Assembly: GCA_963722525.1 (NCBI GenBank)
Contig: CAVRMM010000002.1
Coordinates: forward strand, 452,078-516,077
Direction of reading: 5' to 3'
Length of the DNA: 64,000 nt
Origin: an uncultured Actinomycetes bacterium
GTDB taxonomy: Bacteria; Actinomycetota; Thermoleophilia; Gaiellales; F1-60-MAGs149
The first letter of the stretch is position 1. Each line of letters starts with the position of its first letter. Shown here piece after piece: positions 51,634-60,704 of the stretch. The position numbers and the translations under genes were made by a program. The notes under the pieces are model-generated. The model did not search any database and was not told the DNA's origin. It was given only the letters and a program-made list of their open reading frames with translations.

Positions 51634-52462
51634 GGGCCCTGCGATTCGCCCGCACGCCCACCGGCGCGGTCGGGCTGACCATCCTGGCCCTCGTCCTGCT
51701 GTTGGTCGTCGTCGGGCCGTTGCTGGCGCCGAACTCGCCGTCGCGCCCGGTCGGCGTCCCCGGCACGGGCCCGTCCGTCCGACGCGCTGCTCGGGACCGA
51801 CTTCCTCGGTCGCGACGTCCTCTCGCGGGTGCTCTGGGGCGGGCGCTCGGTGATCGGGCTCGCCGGCATCGCGACGGCGCTGGCCTACCTCACCGGCGGC
51901 ATCACGGGGCTCGTCGCCGGGTATGCCCGGCCGCGCGTCGACGGCGTGCTGATGCGGGGCGTCGACGTGCTCCTCGCGTTTCCGCCGCTGCTCGTGCTGC
52001 TCGTGCTGATCGCCGGTGCCGGGACCTCGCTGACGGTGCTCGTGCTGGGAGTCGCGCTCGTGCAGATGCCGGGCATCGCGCGGCTCGTCCGATCGCTCAC
52101 GCTGGCGACCATGGGCCGCGGGTACGTCGAGGCGGCGATCGTCCGCGGTGAGACCACCGCGGCGATCCTGCGCCGTGAGATCGTGCCGTCGATCGCGGGC
52201 CCGATGATGGCCGACTTCGGCCTGCGGATGACGTTCTCGATCCTGCTGATCGCCGGCGCCAACTTCCTCTCGCTCGGGCTCCAGCCGCCCGCCGCCGACT
52301 GGGCGTTGATGATCTCCGAGAACCGGGACTTCCTCGGGCTCAACCCGTGGGCGGTCGCCGTGCCGGCTGCACTGATCGCGGCCCTGACCGTGGGCCTGAG
52401 CTTCACCGGCGATGCGATCGCCCGGATGCTGCGGCCACAGCGACGTGGCGACGCTGCGATGA
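51630..52462 (+). pseudogene. ABC transporter permease (DppC/OppC type); one clear frame break, and a possible second at the 3' junction
   Basis: ORF 51630..52151 gives the N-terminal TM. After an extra base near 51777 the protein continues as DALLGTDFLGRDVLSRVLWGGR... in ORF 51829... It has the EAA loop YVEAAIVRGETTAAILRREIVP and C-terminal FTGDAIARMLRP. As given there is no stop before the ATPase. One more +1 insertion near 52447 would give ...PQRRATLR* with TGA 52460-52462 overlapping ATG 52459. Confidence 0.78.
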
Positions 52463-54253
52463 CGGGCCCCGCGGTCCTCGTCGACGGCCTTCGCGTGGCG
52501 CGCCGCGACGCGGTCGCCGTCGTCGACGGCGTCTCGCTCGCCGTCCAGCCCGGCGAGGTGCTCGGCCTGGTCGGCGAGTCCGGCTCCGGCAAGACCACGA
52601 CGGCGCTCGCGCTGCTGGGCTACGCGCGACCCGGCCTGCGCATCACCGGCGGCTCGGTCGAGGTGGGCGGCGTCGGCGTGACGGGCGATCGCTCCCTGCG
52701 CGGGCGGGTGGTCTCGTACGTGCCACAGGACCCCGGCGGCGCGCTCGATCCGAACCTCCGGATCGGCACGTCGCTCGAGCACATGCTGCGCGCCCACCGC
52801 TCGGACATGGCTGCCGCGCCGGCGATCGGCGACGCCTTCCGTGGCGTCTCGCTGCCGGGCGACGCCGCGTTCCGCCGGCGCTACCCACACCAGCTCTCGG
52901 GCGGACAGCAGCAACGGGTCGCGATCGCCATCGCACTCGTCTGCGAGCCGCCCGTCGTGGTCCTCGACGAGCCGACGACCGGTCTCGACGTGGTCACGCA
53001 GGCGCGGGTGCTCGACGAGATCGAGCGGCTCCGCGGCGAGCGGCAGGTCGCGATGGTCTACGTCACCCACGACCTCGCCGTGATCGCCCGGATCGCCGAC
53101 CGCGTCGCCGTGATGTACGCCGGCCGGATCGTCGAGGAGGGGCCGACGACTGCCGTGCTGGCCCGGCCGCGCCATCCGTACACGCGCGGCCTGGTCGCGT
53201 CGATTCCCGACCACGGCGCGCCGCGGATGCTCCGCAGCATGCCGGGAGCGAGCGCGACGCCCGGGGAGATCGGCACCGGCTGCGCGTTCGCGCCGCGCTG
53301 TCCGCTCGCCTCCGAGCCGTGCACGACCGCGGCGCCCGCGCTCGTCGCGGTGGCTCCCGCCCGCACCGCGGCCTGCATCCACGCGGACCTCGTGCCCGCG
53401 CTGGACACGCCGGAGCGGCGGACGATCCTGCGCCGGGAGGGTGCACCGCTGCTCGGGGTGGACGCGATCGTGGCCCGCCACGGCAGCAACGTCGCGGTCG
53501 ACGGCATCTCGTTCGCCGTCCGGCGCGGCGAGTGCGTGGCGCTGGTGGGCGAGTCGGGGTCGGGCAAGACGACGACCGCGCGCGTGATCGCCGGGCTGCA
53601 CGACGGCGTCGGCGGGCCGAGTGCTGCTCGAGGGCGTGCCGCTCGCCGGCGGCGCGCGGCGGCGCACGGCCGCCCAGCGGCGCAGAATCCAGATCGTGTT
53701 CCAGAATCCCGCCGACGCGCTCAATCCGCGGCAGCGCGTCGTCGATCAGATCGCCCGCCCGGCGCGGATCCTGCGCGACCTGGACGCCCGGGCGGCGCAG
53801 GCGGAGGCGGCGCGCCTGATGGAGCTCGTCCGCCTCCCGGAGCGGCTGATGGGGCGCTTCCCCCGTGAGCTCTCGGGCGGGGAGCGGCAGCGGGTCGGGA
53901 TCGCACGAGCGCTCGCCGCCGGCCCCGACGTGGTGGTCTGCGACGAGATCACGTCGGCGCTCGACGTGTCGGTGCAGGCCTCCGTCCTGGAGTTGCTGGT
54001 CGAGCTGCAGCGAAGCCTCGACCTGGCGCTGCTGCTGATCACGCACGACCTCGGCGTCGTCGCCAGCGTCGCCGACCGCGTGCTCGTCCTCGAGAGCGGG
54101 CAGCTGCGCGAGTCCGGCCCGGTCGACCAGGTGCTCGCGGTGCCGGAGCATCCCTACACGCGGCGTCTTCTCGACGCAGCACCCTCGCTATCGGCGGTCG
54201 TGGCACCGGCCCGCCGGGCACCGACGAAAGGAGTCGAACATGACGGAGTATGA
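52459..54253 (+). pseudogene. ABC transporter ATP-binding protein with two fused nucleotide-binding domains (DppD-DppF type); one frame break
   Basis: NBD1 has GESGSGKTTTA, LSGGQQQRVAIA and VVLDEPTTGLD. NBD2 has Walker A GESGSGKTTTA in ORF 51829..53868. After an extra base near 53616 it continues in ORF 53621..54253 with LSGGERQRVGIA and VVCDEITSALD. Confidence 0.85.
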
Positions 54254-55875
54254 GCGGCAACGCCGCCTCTTCGAGCAGGAGGTGAACCGTCGCCGGTTCC
54301 TCGCCATCTCCGGCGCGGCCGGACTGGCCGGGATCCTCGCGGCCTGCGGCGGATCCGATTCACCGAGCACGACGGCCGCGACGACCGCGGCGGGCGAGAC
54401 GCCCCGTGGCGAGCGGTTCGACTGCCGCCGCCGCGACCGCCAAGACCGGCGGCCGGCTCAGGATCGCGCACGTCGGCGGCGGCGACGCCGAGACGTTCGA
54501 TCCGGCCCGCGGCTCGAACTTCATCGACGCGTCGCGCTACTACAACGTCTACGACCCGCTGACCCGGGTCAACGCCGACTTCACCACGTCGCCCGGCCTC
54601 GCCCTCGAGTGGACCCCGAACGCCGACTCGACCGAGTGGCAGATCGCGCTCCGGCCCGACGTCACGTGGCACGACGGCTCGCCCTTCAACGCGAACGACG
54701 TCATCTACACCCTGCGGTCGATGGCCAACGAGGGCCACGTCTCGGCGGCGTCCGTCGCGAACGTCAACCTCGACGGGCTGAAGGCCACCGACGACCTGAC
54801 CGTCGTCGTCCCGCTGAAGTCGTCGAACGCGCGGCTGTTCGACTCCTTCCTCCAGCAGAACACCGTGGTCATCAAGGACGGCGTCACCGACTTCTCGAAG
54901 CCGGTCGGCACCGGGCCGTTCATGTTCCAGGAGTTCACGCCCGGCAAGTCCAGCCTCTGCGTCAAGAACCCCAACTACTGGGAGGCGGGCAAGCCGTACG
55001 TCGACGAGTGGGAGGACATCTCGATCGACGACCCGGCGGCGCGCCTGAAGGCGCTGCAGGGCGGCGAGGTCGACATGATCTCCCAGATCGGCTTCGTCGA
55101 GGCGAAGTCCGAGCAGCAGAAGGGCGAGATCCAGGTGTTCGCCGCGACGAGCCCCGCGGTGCAGGTCTTCATCATGGCCGTCGACCGGCCGCCGTTCGAC
55201 AACGTGAAGGTGCGCCAGGCATTCCGGCTGGCCTGCGACCGCCAGGCGCTGATCGACGTCGCGCTCGCCGGTTTCGGCTCGCCGGCGAACGACCTGGCGG
55301 GCGCGAGGCTGCCGTTCTTCCTCGACGGTCCGGTGCCGACCCGCGACGTCGATGCGGCGAAGGCACTGCTGGCCGAGGCCGGCGTCTCCGACCTGAAGGT
55401 GACCCTCCAGACCTCGGACGTGGTGCCGGGGTTCATCGAGGCGGCCACCCTGTTCGCCGAGCAGCTCAAGGACATCGGCGTGACGGTGGAGATCAAGAAG
55501 GAGGACGCGGGCGCCTACTTCGACACCGCCCGGCTGTACACCAAGATGGACTTCGCGCAGTCCTTCTGGACGCTCTCGTCCGTCGGCCTCTGGTACGAGC
55601 AGGCGCTGCTGTCCGACGCCGTGTGGAACGAGACGCACTTCCGCGACCCGGCCTACGACGACCTCATCCGCCAGGCGCAGGGCGCCCCCACGGAGGCCGA
55701 GGCGACGGAGCTCTTCAAGCAGGTGCAGCAGCGCCAGCTGGACGAGGGCGGCTACATCGTCTGGGCCAACCAGTCGCTCGTGGACGGCGCCGCCAGCTAC
55801 GTCAAGGGCGTCGTGCCGAGCTCGTTCTTCAACCTCGGCGGCTGGAACTACCGCGACGTGTGGCTCGACAAGTGA
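54240..55875 (+). pseudogene. ABC transporter substrate-binding protein, family 5 (peptide/oligosaccharide type), Tat/lipoprotein signal; one frame break
   Basis: ORF 54240.. gives RRRFLAISGAAGLAGILAACGG (twin-arginine plus lipobox). An extra C in cccc 54402-54405 shifts the frame into ORF 54406..55875. That ORF has WHDGSPFNANDVIYT, GTGPFMF and NPNYW, the typical SBP_bac_5 blocks. Confidence 0.85.
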
Positions 55876-55927
55876 GGAAGACCGCCCCGCGGACCGGTGG
55901 TGGGGTCGGCCGGGAGAGGCCGGGCCG

Positions 55928-56788
55928 ATGACGCTCGGCCTCTCCTGCGGCGATCTCGAGGCGGTCGTCGCTCCGGAACAGGGCTGCGAGGTGCGGTCGC
56001 TCCGCTTCCGCGGCGCCGAGCTGCTGTTCCAGGCGCCCTGGGCACCGGCACCGATGCCCAGGGCGCCCGCCACGGCGGAGGACTGGGAAGCAGCCTGGCG
56101 CGGCGGCTGGCAGATCCTGCTGCCCAACTCCGGCGAGCCGTGCACGGTCGACGGCCGGCGGCACGGGTTCCACGGTGACGCCTCGATCGCATCGTGGAAC
56201 GTGCTCACCGCGGGGCCGGCCGAGGTGCTCGCCGCGTGGACCGATGCCGATGGCCTCGTTGCCGAACGCTCGGTGGAGCTCGTCCCGGGAGGCGTCCGTG
56301 TCCGGACGGAGGTCGTCAACTCGACCGGCGTGCCGCAGGGGCTCGTGCCCACCGAGCACCTCGTGCTCGGCGGCCCGCTGGCCGGCGAGGACGTCGAGAT
56401 CGAGATCGCCGGCGGGACCGTCGCCCCGCAGACGTGGGACGGCCGGCCGGACGGGCCGGCCGCACCATGGCCGGCGGGATTCGACCGCCTCGCCGGCCGC
56501 CCGTTCTCGCGGTTCGGCGTCGTCCGCGACGTCGCCGGCCGCCGCGCGGTCGTACGGGGCGGCGGTCTCGCGCTCACGCTCGCCTTCTCGCACCCGCACC
56601 TGTGGCTCTGGCAGGAGGGCGGCGGGGCTACGTCGGTGCCATGGAACGGCACCACCGCCTGCCTCGCGATCGAGCCGTCGTACTGCCCGAGCGCCGACGG
56701 CCTGGGCGCCGCGATCGCCCGCGGCGAGGCGATCGTCCTCGAGCCGGGCGCTTCCACCGTCACCCACCTGGAGATCGAGATCGCATGA
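55928..56788 (+). CDS. Aldose-1-epimerase-like (galactose-mutarotase fold) protein
   Basis: ORF 55928..56788 has FQAPW, GGWQILLPNSGEP, HGFHGDAS and LAIEPS. The resemblance to the mutarotase-like superfamily is weaker than for the neighbouring calls. Confidence 0.55.
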   Translation: MTLGLSCGDLEAVVAPEQGCEVRSLRFRGAELLFQAPWAPAPMPRAPATAEDWEAAWRGGWQILLPNSGEPCTVDGRRHGFHGDASIASWNVLTAGPAEVLAAWTDADGLVAERSVELVPGGVRVRTEVVNSTGVPQGLVPTEHLVLGGPLAGEDVEIEIAGGTVAPQTWDGRPDGPAAPWPAGFDRLAGRPFSRFGVVRDVAGRRAVVRGGGLALTLAFSHPHLWLWQEGGGATSVPWNGTTACLAIEPSYCPSADGLGAAIARGEAIVLEPGASTVTHLEIEIA

Positions 56789-57948
56789 CCCCCTCGCCCG
56801 TGGTCGCCGTCGAAGCCATCGCGCTCGCGGCGCCCGCATCCGATCCCTCCGACCTCGACGCGGCCCGCGAGACCCTGCTCGTCCGGGTCACCGATGCGGA
56901 GGGGCGGACGGGGATCGGCGAGGCCGATGGGCCGGCGCCGGCGATCCGCGAGCTGTTCCGCATGACCGGGCGGTTCGACGGCAGCCGGGCGCTCGCGGAG
57001 TGCGTGATCGGCCGCGATCCGTTCGAGCTGCGCGCGATCCAGGCCGAGCTGGTCGCGGCGACGGCCTACCACGGCCGCCGCGGGCTCGGTATCCACGCTC
57101 TCTCGGGGCTCGACGTGGCGCTCCACGACCTCGCCGGCAAGCAGCTCGAGCGGCCAGTCTGGCAGCTGCTCGGCGGGGCTCGCCGCGACGCGATCACGCC
57201 GTACGCCACCATCTGGCCCGGCGGCGTCAAGGGGCGCTCGATCGGCCAGATGATGGAGGAGATCGGGCGGCAGATCGCCCGGGCCGTCGAGCTCGGCTTC
57301 CGGGCGGTGAAGATGGAGGTGATCTTCGGCGACCTCGTGACGGATCGCGAGCTCGTGCGGTGCATCCGGGACGGCCGGGCGCTGGCGGGCGAGGACGTCA
57401 TGTTCGCCGTCGACTTCGGCTACCGGTGGACGGCGTGGCGCGACGCGCTCACCGTTCTCGAGCAGCTCGCGGACAGCGACGTCTACTTCGCGGAGGCGAC
57501 GCTGTCGCACGACGACGTCAAGGGCCACCGGCAGCTGGCGGCCCGGAGCCCGGTGCGGGTCTGCGCCGGCGAGTTCTCCGCATCGGTGCACGAGTACCGC
57601 GAGTGGCTGGAGGCGGGGGTCGACGTCGTCCAGCCCGACGTGTCGCGGTCGGGCGGCCTGACGGAGCTCGTCCGGATCGCCGAGCTGGCAGGCCACTACG
57701 GCGCGGTCGTGATCCCGCACGCCTGGAAGACGGGCATCACCGCGACGGCGGTGCGGCACTTCCAGGCCGCGGTGCCGAACTGCCCGTACATCGAGATGTC
57801 CGTGCCCGAGCTATGGGACTCGCCACTGCGGGCCGGCCTCGTCGAGCCCGAGCCGGTGGTGCATGACGGACGCATCGCACTGCCGACCGCGCCCGGCCTC
57901 GGCATCGAGCTCGTGCCCGAGACCGTCGACCGTTACCGAGGGAGTTGA
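56785..57948 (+). CDS. Enolase-superfamily enzyme (mandelate racemase/muconate lactonising family; acid-sugar dehydratase candidate)
   Basis: This is the tail of ORF 56194..57948. It has GIGEA, DVALHDLAGK, FRAVKMEV, FAVDFGY, FAEATL and VVQPDVSRSGGLTE (metal-ligand D/E/D pattern). It has an ATGA overlap with the upstream stop. Confidence 0.83.
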   Translation: MTPSPVVAVEAIALAAPASDPSDLDAARETLLVRVTDAEGRTGIGEADGPAPAIRELFRMTGRFDGSRALAECVIGRDPFELRAIQAELVAATAYHGRRGLGIHALSGLDVALHDLAGKQLERPVWQLLGGARRDAITPYATIWPGGVKGRSIGQMMEEIGRQIARAVELGFRAVKMEVIFGDLVTDRELVRCIRDGRALAGEDVMFAVDFGYRWTAWRDALTVLEQLADSDVYFAEATLSHDDVKGHRQLAARSPVRVCAGEFSASVHEYREWLEAGVDVVQPDVSRSGGLTELVRIAELAGHYGAVVIPHAWKTGITATAVRHFQAAVPNCPYIEMSVPELWDSPLRAGLVEPEPVVHDGRIALPTAPGLGIELVPETVDRYRGS

Positions 57949-57956
57949 CCGCCGCG

Positions 57957-58949
57957 ATGGTGCGCCTCGCCGAGTACTTCGATCCGTATCCGAACGTCTA
58001 CTGGGCGATGCTCCGGCAGGTCGGCATCGACGCGGCGGTCTCGAAGCTCGACCGGCGCTCGGACGGCGAGTGGAACAACTCCGGCGACCGGCCGTGGGAC
58101 TTCGGCCCGCTGCACGCGATGCAGCGGCGCTACGAGGAAGCCGGTCTCGAGCTGGTCGGCATCGAGGACTACCCGCCGATGGATCGCACGCGCCTGGGGC
58201 TGCCGGGGCGGGACGAGGAGATCGAGGCCTTCTGCACGCTCGTCCGCAACATGGGCAGGCTCTCGATTCCGATGCTCTGTTACAACTGGATGGGCTGCAT
58301 CAACTGGGTCCGCACCGACATCGCCCGTCCGGGGCGCGGCGGTGCGCGGGTGACGGCGTTCCGGCTCGCCGACCTGGGCGACCAGGAGCCGACCTGGGCG
58401 GGCACGGTCGCGGCGGAGCAGCTCTGGGAGGCGTGGCAGCACTTCATCGAGATCGTCGTGCCGGTGGCGGAGAAGGCGGGCGTGCGCCTGGCGCTGCATC
58501 CGGACGATCCGCCGATCGCGCGCGTCCGCGGCATCGACCGGATCATGAACTCCGTCGAGTCGTACGAGCGGGCCATGGCGTACATCGAGAGCGAGGCGAA
58601 TGCGATCTGCCTCTGCCAGGGCAACTTCACGCTGTTCTGCGACGACCTGCCGGCGGTGATCCGGCGGTTCGGCAGCCGTGGCCACCTCGCGTTCGGGCAC
58701 TTTCGCGACGTCGACGGCACGGCCACCGACTTCGTCGAGACGTTCCACGACCAGGGCATGACCGACAAGGTCGCGTGCATGGAGGCGTGGCACGACTTCG
58801 ACTTCGGCGGCGTCCTGCGCGCCGATCACGTCCCGACGCTCGAGGGCGAGTCGAACGACGATCCGGCCTACGCGTGGCTCGGCCGGCTCCACTCGACGGG
58901 GTACCTGCAGGGCCTGCGGGCGGCGGCGGCGCGGTCTAGAGGGGGATGA
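57957..58949 (+). CDS. uxuA: Mannonate dehydratase family protein (UxuA-like)
   Basis: ORF 57945..58949 has LCYNWM, VRLALHPDDPP, RIMNSVESYE and HFRDV...F.E.FHD.G, the UxuA family blocks. It is a short form of about 330 aa. Confidence 0.75.
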   Translation: MVRLAEYFDPYPNVYWAMLRQVGIDAAVSKLDRRSDGEWNNSGDRPWDFGPLHAMQRRYEEAGLELVGIEDYPPMDRTRLGLPGRDEEIEAFCTLVRNMGRLSIPMLCYNWMGCINWVRTDIARPGRGGARVTAFRLADLGDQEPTWAGTVAAEQLWEAWQHFIEIVVPVAEKAGVRLALHPDDPPIARVRGIDRIMNSVESYERAMAYIESEANAICLCQGNFTLFCDDLPAVIRRFGSRGHLAFGHFRDVDGTATDFVETFHDQGMTDKVACMEAWHDFDFGGVLRADHVPTLEGESNDDPAYAWLGRLHSTGYLQGLRAAAARSRGG

Positions 58950-59697
58950 CGGGGTACGCGAAGCAGCGCGAGGTCGACGCCCCGTCGACCGGCACCGCTG
59001 CGCCGCTGACGTACGAGGCCTCGTCGGAGAGGAGGAACGCAACCACTGCCGCGACCTCGGCGGGCGAGGCGATGCGCGCCATGGGCGACAGCGCGCCTCC
59101 GTCTGTGACGGCGTCGGCGCGCGACATACCGGCCGGGATCACCTCGTCGAGCATCGGCGTGTCGATCGTGCCCGGCAGCACGACGTTGCACCGGATCCCG
59201 TAGGGCCCGTAGTCGACGGCGACACTGCGCGTCGCCTGGATCAGCGCGGCCTTGGCGGAGCCGTAGACGAAGTAGCGCGGGAAGGCCGCGACGCCCTGGA
59301 TGGACGAGATCGTGACGATGCTTCCCGCCCGGTGGGCGAGCATGCGGCGCGTGGCGACGGCGAGCCCGAACATCGGGCCGGTGCAGAGCACCTCGAGCCC
59401 GCGCTCGACGTGCGCCGCGTCGACCTCGTGCGCGCCGCCCTGCAGGTCGATGGCGGCGTTGTTCACCCAGCCGCCGAGCGGCGCCGACTGCTCGGCCAGG
59501 TCGGCGGCCGCCTCGTGCGCGGCCCACTCCGCGATCGAGCCGACGAGCGGGACGAATCCGACCGCGCGCGCCGCCTCACGGAGCGGTTCCTCCGCGATAT
59601 CCAGCCCGACGACCACCCACCCCCGGGCCGTGAGCGTCTCGGCGATCGAGCGGCCCAGTCCGCTCGCCGCGCCCGTCACGACACACGATCGGTCCAC
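58936..59697 (-). CDS. SDR family oxidoreductase
   Basis: ORF 58936..59697 has VVTGAASGLGRSIA, NNAA, S...YGSAKAA and PGTIDTPM. Confidence 0.85.
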   Translation of the reverse strand: MDRSCVVTGAASGLGRSIAETLTARGWVVVGLDIAEEPLREAARAVGFVPLVGSIAEWAAHEAAADLAEQSAPLGGWVNNAAIDLQGGAHEVDAAHVERGLEVLCTGPMFGLAVATRRMLAHRAGSIVTISSIQGVAAFPRYFVYGSAKAALIQATRSVAVDYGPYGIRCNVVLPGTIDTPMLDEVIPAGMSRADAVTDGGALSPMARIASPAEVAAVVAFLLSDEASYVSGAAVPVDGASTSRCFAYPVIPL

Positions 59698-59981
59698 GGC
59701 GCTGATCGTACGCGATCGGCTGACGTAGCGGCGGGAATAGGACTTGGGATATCCTCATTCGGACTGATGTTAGGGGAGCCTAAGCGACAGATTCCTGCTG
59801 TCGGCGGGCCTCCGGGGGAGGGGTGGAAGACGTGACAGGACCCGGCGACGTCGTCGACGCGGCGACGGTCACGGAGGCGTACGGCCTGGCCTGCGCGGTC
59901 GTGCCGGATCCCGTCAGCGGCACGCCGTTGGTCGTGCCCCGAGGTCGCCACCGCAACGGCACCTGAACCGGGTGCAGCGCC

Positions 59982-60058
59982 GTGTCGTATCGGTGCCTGG
60001 TGCGAATACGACACGAGCCGAGTCGAATGTCGTTTTGGTGCCTGGCACCAATACGACA
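59982..60058. repeat. Two related 31-33-nt palindromic elements (centres 59998 and 60043) upstream of the DUF4342 operon
   Basis: Element 1 is GTGTCGTAT-N15-ATACGACAC (9-bp perfect arms, 59982-60014). Element 2 is TGTCGTTTTGGTGCC-T-GGCACCAATACGACA (14/15 symmetric, 60028-60058). The two share 26/31 positions, including the core GGTGCCTGG. Confidence 0.6.
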
Positions 60059-60180
60059 GGCCCGGTGGTCTACCCGGCAGCTTGCACGCCATCGGCCGCC
60101 TCGAGAGGCGGTTGCGGCGTTTCGGAGCCCTCGGTGACGGGGACGAGTTCTCCGATCAACCTCTCTCCAGGAGCACACCA

Positions 60181-60399
60181 ATGGGACAGAACGACCAGGG
60201 GAACCCGCTCGGCACGGAGCGGCCGCTGACCGAGGAGGACGTCGTCGAGAAGATCGACGACGCGGGCGCCAACCAGCCCGTCGACGAGCACGCGCCCGCG
60301 GCCGAGCGTCGCGAGACCGGCGACGTCGAGCAGCAGAAGGAAGCGTTCAAGGACACGCTCGAGCAGGCCGCCGGCCGGAACCTGGACACCGAATCGTGA
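60181..60399 (+). CDS. Small acidic, probably disordered protein
   Basis: ATG 60181 is preceded by CCAGGAG. The product is 72 aa and rich in E/D/Q. Its stop overlaps the GTG of the DUF4342 gene (GTGA). Confidence 0.5.
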   Translation: MGQNDQGNPLGTERPLTEEDVVEKIDDAGANQPVDEHAPAAERRETGDVEQQKEAFKDTLEQAAGRNLDTES

Positions 60400-60668
60400 G
60401 CGCGGCGACCTCGTCGCGCGAGACCATCGCGGTCGAGGGCTCCGAGCTGCTCGACCAGGTCAAGCACCTCATCCACGAGGGGAACGTCCGGCGCGTCGCG
60501 ATCATCCACGACGGACACAGGGTGCTGGAGATCCCGGTCACGCTCGGCGTCGTCGGCGTGCTGGCGGCACCGTGGCTGGCCGCGGTCGGAGCGGCCGCGG
60601 CGATGCTCTCCGACTGCACCGTCGAGGTGGAGCGGGACGTGCCGGAGCCCGACGCCCAGCCGGTCTAG
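60396..60668 (+). CDS. DUF4342 domain protein
   Basis: ORF 60396..60668 has ELLDQVKHLIHEGNVRRVAIIHDGHRVLEIPVTLGVVGVLAAPWLAAVGAAAAMLSDCTVEVER, which matches the DUF4342 pattern as I remember it. Confidence 0.72.
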   Translation: MSAATSSRETIAVEGSELLDQVKHLIHEGNVRRVAIIHDGHRVLEIPVTLGVVGVLAAPWLAAVGAAAAMLSDCTVEVERDVPEPDAQPV

Positions 60669-60704
60669 CCGCACGCGGAACGGCACGGATGCTAGCGTGG
60701 AGGC

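Noticed and set aside
54154-57759. A 1201-aa minus-strand ORF, and similar giants at 5124..7919, 2034..4106, 48546..50840, 51166..53724 and 41089..43293
   Set aside because: All are antisense to genes with clear family motifs. Their composition is extremely Arg/Gly/Pro/Ala-rich and they have no motifs. This is the typical shadow-ORF behaviour of high-GC genomes.
60037-60090. A sigma-54 promoter, suggested by TGGCAC inside the second palindrome and TTGCA about 35 nt downstream
   Set aside because: The GG-N10-GC spacing of -24/-12 promoters is not met. TGGCAC is followed by CAATACGAC, and the TTGCA is too far away. The TGGCAC is simply part of the dyad.
59972-60229. An 85-aa ORF crossing the twin palindromes, with an internally repeated peptide (VVSVPGANTT / VVLVPGTNTT)
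   Set aside because: The peptide repeat is just the translation of the DNA repeat. There is no RBS, and the ORF overlaps the better-supported start of the acidic small protein at 60181.
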